From Terriglobia bacterium (lineage in GTDB: Bacteria; Acidobacteriota; Polarisedimenticolia; Polarisedimenticolales; JAIQFR01): 64,000 nucleotides of DNA. Position numbers and translations under genes: made by a program. Below are positions 45,100 through 55,942 of this stretch, piece by piece. The notes beneath the pieces were generated by a model. That model saw nothing but the letters and a program-made list of their open reading frames with translations. It was not told the origin of the DNA and searched no databases. Where the stretch lies: the NCBI GenBank assembly GCA_963748015.1, contig CAVVHE010000008.1, forward strand, positions 448,001 through 512,000, in the 5' to 3' direction. The first letter of the stretch is position 1, and each line of letters starts with the position of its first letter.

Positions 45100-45429
45100 A
45101 TGAGTATCAAGTCGATCACGGCGATACTGGCGGTAGCCCTGGTGGCGGGCATCGCCTTCGCTGACGGAAGCGAGGCTCCGGCCGCGGCCGCGGGCAAGAA
45201 GCACGACATGACCGTCCAGATCGTTGCGGTCGACAAGCAGTCGAAGACGATCACGATCAAGGACGACAAGGGCGCGACGAAGGCCGTCCCGGTTCTCGGG
45301 AATGCCGCGCGGAGCCTCGGGAACCTGAGAACCGGCCAGATGTACACGCTCAGCTGCCAGGACGACGAGAAGGGCGAGCATCAGGGAATCACCGCGATCA
45401 ACAAGGCGGCGAAGCCCGCCGCCAAGTAG
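45100..45429 (+). CDS. Small secreted protein (possible OB-fold)
   Basis: GAGGAGG RBS, signal peptide, IVAVDKQSKTITIKD beta pattern. Confidence 0.7.
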   Translation: MSIKSITAILAVALVAGIAFADGSEAPAAAAGKKHDMTVQIVAVDKQSKTITIKDDKGATKAVPVLGNAARSLGNLRTGQMYTLSCQDDEKGEHQGITAINKAAKPAAK

Positions 45430-45754
45430 AGGGCCCGCGCGCGCGACGTCCTCACCGTCCCTTCGAAACGGACGACGCCCCGGCCGTTCCCATCGGCGTT
45501 CGCTGCGACACCGTACGCTTCAATGCCGGTTCCGCCGGGGCTCCGCGCCCAGGCCAGGCGATCCTCCGAGTCGAGCCTCGCGACGAACGCGCCGTAGCTT
45601 CCGGACGAAGTGATGACCGCGCGGATGATGCTCGCGTCGCCGTCGCCCCGTTACCCGAGCGCGTACAGGTTCTCGGGAGATTCGGTTCCCCGGTTGCAAG
45701 ACCCCTGGCGATTTTCCAGAATGCCCCGACACCCGTCCCCAGGAGGCCGATGCC

Positions 45755-46465
45755 ATGGACTGGATCACCGACCCCCAGCTCTGGATCGCCCTGATCACGC
45801 TGACCTCGATGGAGATCGTGCTCGGGATCGACAACATCATCTTCATCTCGATCCTCGCCGGGAAGCTGCCGCGGGATCAGCAGGGGCGGGCGAGGGTCAT
45901 CGGCCTGGCGCTGGCCATGCTGACTCGGATCGGTCTACTCCTCTCGATCACCTGGATCATGCGATTGACCTCGCCCTTGTTCTCGGTCCTGGGCCGGGAG
46001 ATCTCCGGTCGGGATCTGATCCTCCTCGCCGGGGGCCTCTTCCTGCTCTACAAGAGCACGCACGAGATCCACGAGAAGCTCGAGGGCGACCCGGACGCGC
46101 CGGCGACCCGCGGCGCGCGCTCGTTCCTGGGCGTGATCTTCACCATCATGGTCCTGGACATCGTCTTCTCCATCGATTCGGTGGTCACCGCGGTGGGGAT
46201 GACGAACCGGGTGCCGGTCATGGTCGCGGCGATCGTCATCGCCGTTCTCGTCATGATGCTGTCCTCCAGCCCGATCAGCGACTTCGTGCACCGCCATCCC
46301 ACGATCAAGATGCTCGCGCTGAGCTTCCTGCTGCTGATCGGCGTCATGCTGGTCGCGGAAGGGCTCGGCCAGCACATCAGCAAGGGCTACATCTACTTCG
46401 CGATGGCCTTCTCGGTGTTCGTGGAGATGCTGAACCTGAGGGTGCGGAAGAGGCAGCAGGCGTGA
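45755..46465 (+). CDS. TerC family membrane protein
   Basis: EIVLGIDNIIFISIL, LDIVFSIDSVVTAVGM, HPTIKMLALSFL and KGYIYFAMAFS motifs. Confidence 0.93.
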   Translation: MDWITDPQLWIALITLTSMEIVLGIDNIIFISILAGKLPRDQQGRARVIGLALAMLTRIGLLLSITWIMRLTSPLFSVLGREISGRDLILLAGGLFLLYKSTHEIHEKLEGDPDAPATRGARSFLGVIFTIMVLDIVFSIDSVVTAVGMTNRVPVMVAAIVIAVLVMMLSSSPISDFVHRHPTIKMLALSFLLLIGVMLVAEGLGQHISKGYIYFAMAFSVFVEMLNLRVRKRQQA

Positions 46466-46529
46466 CGGCCGCCTATGCGGCAGCGGAGCACGAGCGAGCG
46501 GGCGGGAGGGAGCGCGACGGGTAGAAAGT

Positions 46530-46784
46530 CTAGGCCAGGCGGGCGCGTCGTCGCGACATGGTGACGATGATTCGGCCGCCGTGGGCGTAGGCGACGTCGT
46601 TGAGACTCAGGAACTGCCCCGGACGCCAGCGAACCAGCGCGGCTCGGCCCTCGTCGGGCATGGGGTTGACATCGACGTCGGTCCTCTGGAGCGCTGCTAC
46701 GCTGCAGAGGAAGCGATCGCGGGCTTCCTCAGTCTGGAACCGGGCGGCAGTCCACGGACCGAACTCGGCCAAGGGAACGAACAA
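46530..46784 (-). CDS. Small hypothetical protein (84 aa)
   Basis: AGGAGG RBS then TTG: MFVPLAEFGPWTAARFQTEEARDRFLCSV...AHGGRIIVTMSRRRARLA. It fills the gap between terC and the methyltransferase gene. Confidence 0.55.
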   Translation of the reverse strand: MFVPLAEFGPWTAARFQTEEARDRFLCSVAALQRTDVDVNPMPDEGRAALVRWRPGQFLSLNDVAYAHGGRIIVTMSRRRARLA

Positions 46785-46883
46785 GGGAGATATCCTCCTG
46801 GGTGAAGACGCAAGTCCATGGTACCACGGTTCAGGCGGATCGGATGAGGTACCATCGCGGAGACGGAAGAGAGCGAGCCGACC

Positions 46884-48026
46884 ATGAACGCCACTCGACA
46901 GCCTGACCCGCTGCAATGCCCGCACGGCGCCGACTGCGGCGCCTGCGCCATGCTCGGCGTGAGCTACGCGGACCAGCTGCGGCGCAAGCGTGAAGCTCTC
47001 CAGAAGGAGCTCGCGCGCTACGAGCGCCTGCGCAACGCGACGCTCTTGGCCTGCATGCCGTCGCCCGTCACGGCCGGCTATCGAAGCCGGGCGAAGATGG
47101 CGGTCGGAATCTCCCGGCGCGGGGAGGTCCGCGTCGGGTACTTCCGGACGGGCACGCGCGAGCTCGTGGACGCCCCGGAATGTCGCGTGCTCGTTCCGGA
47201 GCTGCTCGAGACCACCCGCCGCGTGCGCGGGTTCCTCGCCGGCGGCCGGAGGATCCCGCGCGAGCTGCGGCACCTGGATCTGCGCTGCGGCAGCGATCCC
47301 TCGCGCCAGCACCTGACGCTGGTGTTCCGGGCCGCCGTCTTTCCGGAATTCCCCCTGGACCGGCTGCGGCGGGCGTGCCCCGCGATCGACGGCATCTCGG
47401 TGAATCTCAATCCGAGCGCCGGCCCGCAGGTTCTCCGCGGCGCGATCCAGCCGGTCTGGGGTCAGCGCGAGATCTGGGTGGACTGCGCGGGTCTGCGCCT
47501 GCGCGTTTCGCCCGGGTCGTTCTTCCAGGTCAATCTCGCGCTGCTCCCGCTGATCCACCAGCGGATCGGGGAGTTCCTCGGGGGCGGCAAGGTGCTCGCC
47601 GATCTCTACGCGGGGGTGGGGACGCACGGGCTCGCGCTGCGAGGCGGCTTCGAGCGGACTTTCTTCGTCGAGGGCGTGCGCGGCGCCGTCGCGGACCTGA
47701 AGGCCACGATCCGAAGACACGACATCCCCGAGGCGGACGTCGCGTCGTCATCCCTCGAGCGCGCCCTCGCTCGATTGGGCCAGAAGGCGCCCGACGCCGT
47801 GATCCTCAACCCCTCCCGCGCCGGCGCGCACGAGTCCGTGCTGGAGGCCGTGGCCGCCACGCCGGCCGCGCGGATCGCCTACCTCTCCTGCGACCCGGCG
47901 ACGCTCTGCCGCGACCTGGACCTCCTGGAGCGAAGGGGATTCCGGACGCGGTCGGTCCAGCCGGTCGACATGATGCCCCAGACCGCCCAGGTCGAGGCGC
48001 TGGCGCTGCTGCAGCGCGCGGGCTAG
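46884..48026 (+). CDS. rlmD: RlmD/TrmA-family RNA (uracil-5)-methyltransferase
   Basis: [11 protein letters not shown]e-S motif, [30 protein letters not shown]. There is no TRAM domain, so the exact orthologue is uncertain. Confidence 0.8.
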   Translation: MNATRQPDPLQCPHGADCGACAMLGVSYADQLRRKREALQKELARYERLRNATLLACMPSPVTAGYRSRAKMAVGISRRGEVRVGYFRTGTRELVDAPECRVLVPELLETTRRVRGFLAGGRRIPRELRHLDLRCGSDPSRQHLTLVFRAAVFPEFPLDRLRRACPAIDGISVNLNPSAGPQVLRGAIQPVWGQREIWVDCAGLRLRVSPGSFFQVNLALLPLIHQRIGEFLGGGKVLADLYAGVGTHGLALRGGFERTFFVEGVRGAVADLKATIRRHDIPEADVASSSLERALARLGQKAPDAVILNPSRAGAHESVLEAVAATPAARIAYLSCDPATLCRDLDLLERRGFRTRSVQPVDMMPQTAQVEALALLQRAG

Positions 48027-48039
48027 TCTGCCGGGAGCG

Positions 48040-49980
48040 ATGATCCACCCGAGCAGAAAGCCGTCCGGCGAAGGCCCGCTCGCCCAGCTTCCGGCCACGG
48101 CGCGCGGCCGGGCGGCGGAGCCGCTGCCGATGTCGCTCCCGGAGATGAAGCGGCGCGGCTGGGACGAAGCGGACGTGGTCTTCGTGACCGGCGACGCCTA
48201 CGTCGATCATCCGAGCTTCGCGATGGCGATCCTCGGGCGCGTGCTGGAAGCGGCCGGCTTTCGCGTCGGCATCGTGTCGCAACCGGACTGGCGGTCCTGC
48301 GCCGACTGGCGGCGCTTCGGCCGGCCGCGGCTGTTCTTCGCCGTCAGCGCCGGCAACATGGACTCGATGATCAACCACTACACCGCCAACCGGAAGGTGC
48401 GCAACGACGACGCGTACTCGCCCGGCGGGCAGATCGGCCTGCGGCCCGACCGCGCGACGCTCTCGTACTGCCAGCGGGCCCGCGAGGCGTACCCGGGGGT
48501 GCCCGTGATCGCGGGGGGCGTCGAGGCGTCGCTGCGTCGCCTGGCGCACTACGACTACTGGAGCGACAAGGTCCGGCGCTCGATCCTCCTCGACTGCAAG
48601 GCCGATCTCGTGGTGTTCGGCATGGGAGAGGAGGGGATCGTCGAGATCGCCCGCCGATTGAGCGCGGGGGAGGCGGTGCGCGACCTGCGCGACATGCGCG
48701 GCGTGGCCTACGCGCTCGGCGCGTCCGAGTCGCCTCCCGACGATGTCCTGGTGCTGCCCAGCTTCGAGCGGGTGCGCGACGACAAGCCCGCGTTCGCCGA
48801 AGCGACCAGGGTCATCCACAACGAGACGAACCCCCACAACGCCCGGCGGCTGGTGCAGTGGCACGGACGGCAGGCGGTCGTCTGCAACCCGCCGCCGCTG
48901 CCGATCTCGATGGCGGCGATGGACGGGATCTACGGGCTGCCCTACACGCGCCGGCCGCATCCGGGCTACACCGCGCCGATTCCCGCCTTCGAGATGATCA
49001 AGGACTCGGTCACGATCATGCGGGGCTGCTTCGGCGGCTGCACGTTCTGCTCGATCACCGCGCACCAGGGGCGCATCATCCAGTCGCGCAGCAAGGAGTC
49101 GATCCTCGAGGAGGTCCGCGGGATGGCCGCGGACCCGAAGTTCAAGGGGATCGTCAGCGACATCGGCGGCCCGACGGCCAACATGTACCGGATGCGATGC
49201 ACGCGCCCGGAAGTCGAGGCGGTCTGCCGGCGCCAGTCCTGCGTGCACCCGACGATCTGCAAGCTCCTCGGCACCGACCACGATCCGCTGATCGAGATCA
49301 TGAAGGAGGCCCGGGAGACGCCGGGGGTCAAGAAGGTGCTGGTGGCCAGCGGCATCCGCATGGACCTGGCGCAACGCTCGCCGCGCTACATGCGCGAGCT
49401 GGCGAGGCATCACGTCGGCGGCCACCTGAAGGTCGCGCCCGAGCACACCGACCCGGGCGTGCTGGCCCTCATGCGCAAGCCGGGCGGCGACGACTTCGAG
49501 AGGTTCGCGGAGACGTTCACGGAAGAATCGAGGAAGGCCGGCAAGGAGCAGTACCTCGTGCCCTACTTCATCGCCAGCCATCCCGGCAGCGACCTCGACG
49601 CCATGATCGACCTCGCCGTGTTCCTGAAGCGCAACGGCTACCGGCCCGACCAGGTGCAGGACTTCATTCCGGCCCCGTTCGACGTCGCCACGGCGATGTA
49701 CTACACGGGGATCGATCCGTTCACCAAGAAGCCCGTCTTCGTCGCGCGCCACCTCGGCGATCGCAAGCTGCAGCGCGCGCTGATGCAGTTCTTCAAGCCC
49801 GAGAACTACTTCGAGGTTCGCAAGGCTCTGCTCCGGGCGGGACGCGCCGACCTGATCGGCCGGCATTGCGACGCGCTGATCCCCCCCGTGGCCCCGCGCG
49901 AGGCGATCCTGCGCCGCCGCGAGGAAGCCGGCGCGCGGGGGCCCAAGTTCCGTCCGTCTCCGAATGGGGATGAAACCTAG
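48040..49980 (+). CDS. YgiQ-family radical SAM protein
   Basis: [46 protein letters not shown] and YFIASHPG motifs. Confidence 0.93.
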   Translation: MIHPSRKPSGEGPLAQLPATARGRAAEPLPMSLPEMKRRGWDEADVVFVTGDAYVDHPSFAMAILGRVLEAAGFRVGIVSQPDWRSCADWRRFGRPRLFFAVSAGNMDSMINHYTANRKVRNDDAYSPGGQIGLRPDRATLSYCQRAREAYPGVPVIAGGVEASLRRLAHYDYWSDKVRRSILLDCKADLVVFGMGEEGIVEIARRLSAGEAVRDLRDMRGVAYALGASESPPDDVLVLPSFERVRDDKPAFAEATRVIHNETNPHNARRLVQWHGRQAVVCNPPPLPISMAAMDGIYGLPYTRRPHPGYTAPIPAFEMIKDSVTIMRGCFGGCTFCSITAHQGRIIQSRSKESILEEVRGMAADPKFKGIVSDIGGPTANMYRMRCTRPEVEAVCRRQSCVHPTICKLLGTDHDPLIEIMKEARETPGVKKVLVASGIRMDLAQRSPRYMRELARHHVGGHLKVAPEHTDPGVLALMRKPGGDDFERFAETFTEESRKAGKEQYLVPYFIASHPGSDLDAMIDLAVFLKRNGYRPDQVQDFIPAPFDVATAMYYTGIDPFTKKPVFVARHLGDRKLQRALMQFFKPENYFEVRKALLRAGRADLIGRHCDALIPPVAPREAILRRREEAGARGPKFRPSPNGDET

Positions 49981-50006
49981 CCTCGTCTGTGGAATCATAG
50001 GAGGGC

Positions 50007-51461
50007 ATGACGGATCTTCCGAAGATCATCCAGGGCGGCATGGGTGTCGGCATCTCGAACTGGCGGCTGGCACGGACCGTCGCCCGTCTGGGTCATCTGG
50101 GAGTCGTCTCCGGCACGGCGCTCGATCACGTCCTGGCCCGGCGCCTCCAGGATGGCGACGTCGGCGGCCACATGCGCCGCGCCATCGATGCCTTTCCGTT
50201 CCGCGCCATGGCCGAGCGCGTGTGGAACGCCTACTACATCCCCGGCGGCAAGGCGCCCGGCGCTCCGTACATGCGCCTGCCGTTTCACGGCCTGGAGTGC
50301 CCGCGACCGCTGGCCGAGGCCGGCATCGTCGGCAACTTCGTCGAGGTGTTCCTCGCCCGCGAGGGTCATGCGAACCCGGTGGGGATCAACTACCTCGAGA
50401 AGATCCAGCCGCCCCACGTCATCGCCATCTACGGCGCGATGCTCGCCGGGGTCGCCTACGTCCTGATGGGAGCCGGCATTCCGCTGAAGATCCCGGGGGT
50501 CCTCGACGCGTACGTCGACCACCAACCCGCCACGTATCCGCTTTACGTCGCCGGCTCGCAGGAAGGCGACGACGTCACCATGCACTTCACACCGCGCGAC
50601 TTCATGGAGGGCGACCTGCCCCCGCTCGTGCGGCCGCGCTTTCTGCCGATCATCGCGTCGAACACCCTGGCCTCCACGATGGTGAAGAAGGCCAACGGGA
50701 AAGTCGACGGGTTCATCGTCGAGGGTCCCACCGCCGGCGGCCACAACGCTCCGCCGCGCGGCAAGCCCGCGCTCAGCGAGCAGGGCGAGCCCGTCTACGG
50801 CGAGCGCGACGTGGTGGATCTCGCGAAGTTGCGCGAGCTCGGCCTGCCGTTCTGGCTCGCCGGCGGTTTCGGCGAGGCCGACGAGCTGCGGGAGGCCCTG
50901 GAGGCCGGGGCCGCCGGCGTGCAGGTCGGCACCGCCTTCGCGTACTGCGTCGAGTCCGGGCTGCGCGAGGACTACAAGCAGGCCGTGCTGGAGAAGGTCG
51001 TCAGGGGCGAGGCTCGGGTCTTCACCGACCCGCTGGCCTCTCCCTCCGGTTTCCCCTTCAAGGTCGTCCAGCTCGAGGGCACGGTCTCGGAAAGCGCCGT
51101 TCGTCTCGCCCGGCCCCGCGTCTGCGACTGCGGCTACCTTCGCGAAGCCTACCGCACGCCCGACGGGCGGATCGACTTCCGCTGTCCTGCCGAGCCCGTC
51201 GCCGCGTACGTCGCGAAGGGCGGCAAGGTGGAAGACACCGTCGGCCGCGCGTGCATCTGCAACGGGCTCGTGGCGACGGCGGGCGCGCCCCAGACCCGCG
51301 CCCAGGGAAAGTTCGTGGAGCCCGGCATCGTGACGTCCGGCGACGACCTGGCCGGTCTCTCCCGCTTCATGCGGCCCGGCTCGACCTCGTACACCGCCGC
51401 CGACGTGATCCGCGTCCTCCTGGGAACGGGGAATCCCAGCCCGACACCCGCAACCACCTGA
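50007..51461 (+). CDS. Nitronate monooxygenase family flavoprotein
   Basis: IIQGGMGVG, EGPTAGGHNAPPRG and GVQVGTAF motifs. Confidence 0.88.
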   Translation: MTDLPKIIQGGMGVGISNWRLARTVARLGHLGVVSGTALDHVLARRLQDGDVGGHMRRAIDAFPFRAMAERVWNAYYIPGGKAPGAPYMRLPFHGLECPRPLAEAGIVGNFVEVFLAREGHANPVGINYLEKIQPPHVIAIYGAMLAGVAYVLMGAGIPLKIPGVLDAYVDHQPATYPLYVAGSQEGDDVTMHFTPRDFMEGDLPPLVRPRFLPIIASNTLASTMVKKANGKVDGFIVEGPTAGGHNAPPRGKPALSEQGEPVYGERDVVDLAKLRELGLPFWLAGGFGEADELREALEAGAAGVQVGTAFAYCVESGLREDYKQAVLEKVVRGEARVFTDPLASPSGFPFKVVQLEGTVSESAVRLARPRVCDCGYLREAYRTPDGRIDFRCPAEPVAAYVAKGGKVEDTVGRACICNGLVATAGAPQTRAQGKFVEPGIVTSGDDLAGLSRFMRPGSTSYTAADVIRVLLGTGNPSPTPATT

Positions 51462-51570
51462 GGTGACAGCCTCGGCGAGAAGTTGTTTGCCCGAGTGCCA
51501 ATCCGCTATCCGCGGCGGAGCGAGATCGAGGGCGCCCTTCCATCCCGCCATCGGTTAGACTCGTACCCGT

Positions 51571-52185
51571 ATGCCCGAGCCGCCTCGCCGCCGCCGCGCC
51601 GGAGAGCGCGTAGACGATTGGTGCCGCGCTTGCAAGGCGACGCGCGCCCACACGATCGTCGCGGTGGAGATGGACGGCACGATCTCGCAGGTCCTGTGCG
51701 GGTTCTGCGGCAGCCGGCACCGTTTCCGCGGCGGGCCCCCGAGGCCCGACCGTCCCGCCGAGTTCCCCGCGGCGCCCGTTCAGCCCGCAGTCGCGGCGCT
51801 CGTCTCCGATCGTGAAAGGAGCCTTCCCGTGAGCGATTCCTCCGCGGACCTCGAGATGATGCTGCGGCGCGTGATCCGCGAGGAGACCGGGCTGACGCCG
51901 GTCGCGCTCGCCGAGAAGTGGCGAGGCGGGGATCTCGTGCTCCGCCCGGGCGCGCCTGGTCTCAAGGAACAGAGCTGGCCAATCGACTCGTTCTTCCACA
52001 AGGTGGTGATGCTGCGCAACCGGCTGCGCGTTCTCGAGCAGCAGGTCAACGGCCTCGAGGTCCCCGAGGACGTCAAGGTGAAGCTGCAGAGCTACATCAC
52101 CGGTTGCTACGGATCGCTGACCAGCTTCAACGTCCTGTTCGCGGATCCGGACGACCGCTTCCGCGGATCGGGCGGGGGCGAGTAG
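51571..52185 (+). CDS. Hypothetical protein with an N-terminal zinc ribbon
   Basis: CRAC...CGFC pair and a helical C-terminal domain (FFHKVVMLRNRLRVLEQQVN...YITGCYGSLTSFNVLF). Confidence 0.75.
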   Translation: MPEPPRRRRAGERVDDWCRACKATRAHTIVAVEMDGTISQVLCGFCGSRHRFRGGPPRPDRPAEFPAAPVQPAVAALVSDRERSLPVSDSSADLEMMLRRVIREETGLTPVALAEKWRGGDLVLRPGAPGLKEQSWPIDSFFHKVVMLRNRLRVLEQQVNGLEVPEDVKVKLQSYITGCYGSLTSFNVLFADPDDRFRGSGGGE

Positions 52186-52190
52186 CCCGA

Positions 52191-53216
52191 CTATTGCAGC
52201 TTCTTGGCCCGCTCGATGCCCTTCGAGGCGCGGTCGTCCTTCGGGAAACGCTTCGCGAACTCCTCGTACTGGGCCGCGGCGGCCTTGCGGTCTCCGAGCG
52301 CCTCGAGGCACTCCGCCATCCCCCAGCGCGAGTTCACCGCGGACGGATTGGCGGCGAGCACTTTCGCGTAGAGGTCCGCGGCCTCGCGGTGCCGCTTGAG
52401 GGCGCGGTAGGCCTCGGCACGGAAGAACGCGGGCGCCGTGTCGTCAGGCTTCGCGATCCGGTCGTAGCGGTCCAGAACGGGGAGCGATGCGGCGGGATCT
52501 TCCTTCTGATTGATCAGGGTCCAGGCGTACGAGGAGAGCGCGGCCGCCGGGTTGGCCCCCTCGCCGCCCGCGGTCTCCGCGGCCTGGAACTGGCGCGACA
52601 TCTCGGCCCAGTCCTTGTCCTTCGCGGCGAGCCGGGCGAGGACCATTCTGCCCTGGAACGCTCCGCGGCCGCCGGGAAGCGCAAGGAGAGCGGCGGCCTC
52701 CGCGCGCGCCTTCTCCATGCTCCCCCCGGCGATCCCCGGGGCCCCGGAGAAAAACTGCGCGAGCGCCACGTGGGCGTCGACGTAGTTCGGATCGAGGCGA
52801 ACCGCCTCGGCGTACGCGTCGCGCCCCTTCCTCGCGGACGACAGCTTGGACAGCGTGCCCAGCTCGTCGATTCCGTTGAAGATGGAGTTCCCGTACCAGA
52901 ACTGGTACTCCGGCCGGGACGGTTCGAGAGCGACGACCTTCTCCATCACCGCCCGCATCGTCTTCCAATTCCGCTCGACCCGGTTCACCATCGCCTCGAC
53001 GAAGAGCCAGGGCGCCTGTCCGCGCTCGGCGGACGCGAGCGACGAGAGCGCGTTCTTCGCGGCGCCGACGGCGTCGGTCAAGGCGGGGGAGGGAGGACCG
53101 GCGAGGATTTTCGCCATTGCGGCCGCGTCCGGCGAGGCAGCGCCCGGACTCGCCGCCCAGGCGACGAGCGAAACGCAAAGCGCCAGCACGGCCGGCAAGA
53201 TCGCACGTTTGAACAT
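52191..53216 (-). CDS. Secreted tetratricopeptide repeat protein
   Basis: GAGGGG RBS before ATG 53216, signal peptide, TPR-like helices (AVRLDPNYVDAHVALAQFF, PGIAGGSMEKA). Confidence 0.8.
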   Translation of the reverse strand: MFKRAILPAVLALCVSLVAWAASPGAASPDAAAMAKILAGPPSPALTDAVGAAKNALSSLASAERGQAPWLFVEAMVNRVERNWKTMRAVMEKVVALEPSRPEYQFWYGNSIFNGIDELGTLSKLSSARKGRDAYAEAVRLDPNYVDAHVALAQFFSGAPGIAGGSMEKARAEAAALLALPGGRGAFQGRMVLARLAAKDKDWAEMSRQFQAAETAGGEGANPAAALSSYAWTLINQKEDPAASLPVLDRYDRIAKPDDTAPAFFRAEAYRALKRHREAADLYAKVLAANPSAVNSRWGMAECLEALGDRKAAAAQYEEFAKRFPKDDRASKGIERAKKLQ

Positions 53217-53248
53217 CGCCCCTCTTGCCGCCCGGGTGGGAGGAAACC

Positions 53249-53815
53249 CTAGCGTGACTGCTTCTCGATCTGCTTCGCCTTCTTGGCCCGGGCCGACTCG
53301 CTCGGCGGGTACTTCTCCATGCCCTTCGAGAAGGCCTGCCAGAACTTGGCCGGGGTGTCGGTCGAGGTTTTCAGCTTCTCGTTGACGTACATCCGCCACG
53401 CGAGCGCGCTCGTCGACGCATCGACGAGGTCCACGATGATCGTCGCGCCCTGCTCGGTGATCTGCAGCGTCATGTAGGAGGGGACCCCGTAGTAGGTCCC
53501 GTTCTCGGTCGCGGTCACCGTTTTTCCCTGGCCCGTGTCGCCCTGGTAGCTCACGAGGAGATCGGGAGATTCTCCCTGGCCCGCGGGGCGAAGCCCGCGT
53601 TCCTGGAGGCAGCCCGCCAGGAACTTCTCCACACGCTCTTTTCCCGTGGCGTCGGCGAGGAATCCATACCGCTTCTGGTCGCGGTCCGGCCCCCAGGCCC
53701 AGGTCTTGTACCGGTCGAACTCCGCCTTGGGATTGAAATCGACCTCGATCGTCCCCGCTTGGAGGGCGCCGGCAGCGAGCATCGCGAGAGCAAGAGCCAA
53801 GGCGGTTCTTCGCAT
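53249..53815 (-). CDS. DUF4136-like secreted protein
   Basis: Signal peptide, VDFNPKAEFDRYKTWAW, PDLLVSY, GATIIVDLVDAST..LAWR and KYPP. Confidence 0.75.
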   Translation of the reverse strand: MRRTALALALAMLAAGALQAGTIEVDFNPKAEFDRYKTWAWGPDRDQKRYGFLADATGKERVEKFLAGCLQERGLRPAGQGESPDLLVSYQGDTGQGKTVTATENGTYYGVPSYMTLQITEQGATIIVDLVDASTSALAWRMYVNEKLKTSTDTPAKFWQAFSKGMEKYPPSESARAKKAKQIEKQSR

Positions 53816-53858
53816 TCGACCTCCCCTGTACGGGCAGTATAGTGCAAGCGGCGCAGGC

Positions 53859-55127
53859 CTACCGCGCGAACCGCTTCTCCACGCGGTCCACGACGAGCGC
53901 CGTGACGAGGTCCCCGCTCACGTTGAGGACGGTGCGGCACATGTCGAGGATCCGGTCCACGCCGAGGATGATCGCGATCCCTTCGATCGGGACCCCGACG
54001 ACGCCGAGGACCATCATGAGCAGGGGGATCGAGCCCCCGGGGATCCCGGCCGTGCCGATCGCGGTCACGACGGACATGAGGACCACGATCACCTGCTGCC
54101 CGAGCGTCAGGTGCACGCCGAAGACCTGGGCGAGGAAGAGGACCGTGGCGCCCTCGAACAGCGCCGTGCCGTTCATGTTCATCGTCGCGCCGAGCGGGAG
54201 CACGAACCCCGCGATCTCCCTCGGAAGCCCGAGCTCCTGCTCGCCCACCTCGATCGTGGTCGGGAGGGTCGCGTTCGACGAGGAGGTCGAGAAGGCGGTG
54301 ATCATCACGAGGCGGATCTTCCTGAAGAACTCGAGCGGGCTGCGTCCCGCCACGAAGCGCACCACGATCGCGTAGCCGAGGAACTGGAAGATCGCGAGGC
54401 TCCCGACGACCGTCAGCACGTACTTGAGGAGGTTCAGGAGCAGATCGAATCCGAAGCGCGCGGTCACGCTGAAGATCAGGCAGAAGACGCCGATCGGCGC
54501 GATCGCCATGACCATGTGGATGATCGCGACCGTGGCATGGCTCAGGCTCTCGAGAAAGGCGACGAGCGGCCCCGACTGCGGCTTCGGCAGCACCGAGAGC
54601 GCCGCGCCGAGGACGAGGGCGAAGAAGATGATCGCCAGCATGTCGCCGTCGGCCGCGGCCTTGACCGGGTTCCGCGGGACGATCTTCACGAGGAGATCGA
54701 TCGTGAACGCGTTGCCCGAGAGGCCCATGGCCTGCGAGGCCTCGCCCCGGTAGGTCTCCATGAGCCGCGCCTTGATGCCGGGGTCGAGGTCCTCGCCGGG
54801 GCGGATGGTGTTCATCGCGAGGAGGCCGAGGGCGGTCGAGAGCGCGGTCAGTGTCAGGAATCCCAGGATCGTCACGACGCCGATCCGCCCGAGCCGCTTG
54901 AGGTCGCCGAGGCCGACGACGCCGAGCGAGAGGGTCGAGAGGATGAGCGGGATGACGACCATGATCAGCCCGGCGAGCCACATCTTCCCGAGCGGCTCCG
55001 TCACGAGCGAGACGAATCGCCGCGTGTCGGCACCCCCGTCCGTCAGGAGGTTGGTCGCGACCCCGGCGACGGCCCCGGCAACGAGACCGATGAGGATCTT
55101 CGTGTGGCGCGGCATGGGGTGGGACAC
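53859..55127 (-). CDS. Dicarboxylate/amino acid:cation symporter (GltP/DctA family)
   Basis: AFSTSSSNATLP, LPLGATMNMNGTALFE and GVDRILDMCRTVLNV motifs. Confidence 0.93.
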   Translation of the reverse strand: MSHPMPRHTKILIGLVAGAVAGVATNLLTDGGADTRRFVSLVTEPLGKMWLAGLIMVVIPLILSTLSLGVVGLGDLKRLGRIGVVTILGFLTLTALSTALGLLAMNTIRPGEDLDPGIKARLMETYRGEASQAMGLSGNAFTIDLLVKIVPRNPVKAAADGDMLAIIFFALVLGAALSVLPKPQSGPLVAFLESLSHATVAIIHMVMAIAPIGVFCLIFSVTARFGFDLLLNLLKYVLTVVGSLAIFQFLGYAIVVRFVAGRSPLEFFRKIRLVMITAFSTSSSNATLPTTIEVGEQELGLPREIAGFVLPLGATMNMNGTALFEGATVLFLAQVFGVHLTLGQQVIVVLMSVVTAIGTAGIPGGSIPLLMMVLGVVGVPIEGIAIILGVDRILDMCRTVLNVSGDLVTALVVDRVEKRFAR

Positions 55128-55225
55128 TAACGCGTCCCGAGCGGCGATGTCAACAAGGACCCGGGCGGCTTCGTTGAAAACGGAGCGACGGACGCGTACA
55201 CTCCTCGAGCCGGTGACTGCGCAAG

Positions 55226-55915
55226 ATGAAACGACTTCGACTCGCCGAACGCTCGCTCTGGGTCGCGGGCCTGGTCCTGATCGCCGTTTACCTCGGCGTG
55301 CGCGGGTACGGCGAGCTCATGCGGCGATCGGAGCTGCGCCGCTTCGAGGAGGCCCGCAAGGGCGCCTCCGGGGATCGAGCCCCGCGAGTCGACCTCGCTC
55401 CCGTCCCCACGGCCGCGCCGGCTCCTCCTTCGACCGCCGGGCCCGCGCTTCGCGTGCCGGACGCGGTGGATACGCGGCTGTGGTCGCCGCAGAGGGTCCG
55501 CGGTTACGAGGAGAGCCTCCGGGCGGAGACCGGCCACCCGCTCGCCGTGCTCAGGATCCCGCGCATCGGCATCGAGGTGCCCGTTCTCGACGGGACCGAC
55601 GAGGCGAAGCTCAACCGCGGAGTCGGCCGGATCGAGGGAACCGCTCTGCCCGGTCAAGCCGGGAACCTCGGCATCGCGGGGCACCGCGACGGTTTCTTTC
55701 GCGGCCTGAAGGACGTCGCGGTGGGGGATGCCGTCGAGCTCGAGACCCTCGAAGGCACCGAGGCCTACGTCGTGGACGACATCCGGATCGTGGACCCCGA
55801 CGACGTGAGCGTGCTCGAGCCCACCTCCGCGCCGGCGATCACGATGGTGACCTGTTACCCGTTCTACTTCGTGGGCTCGGCTCCCCGCCGCTACATCGTC
55901 CGCGCCCGGCGCTAG
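55226..55915 (+). CDS. Class D sortase
   Basis: N-terminal TM, LRIPRIG.EVPV, GNLGIAGHRDGFFRGL (His), TMVTCYPF (Cys) and PRRYIVRA (Arg). Confidence 0.9.
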   Translation: MKRLRLAERSLWVAGLVLIAVYLGVRGYGELMRRSELRRFEEARKGASGDRAPRVDLAPVPTAAPAPPSTAGPALRVPDAVDTRLWSPQRVRGYEESLRAETGHPLAVLRIPRIGIEVPVLDGTDEAKLNRGVGRIEGTALPGQAGNLGIAGHRDGFFRGLKDVAVGDAVELETLEGTEAYVVDDIRIVDPDDVSVLEPTSAPAITMVTCYPFYFVGSAPRRYIVRARR

Positions 55916-55942
55916 GGGGCGCCACCTGCGCCGGTTCCGGGG

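Noticed and set aside
45430..45754. yybP-ykoY (Mn) riboswitch expected upstream of terC
   Set aside because: I could not find the characteristic GGGGAGUA...GAGACC core. An Rfam scan would be needed to exclude it fully.
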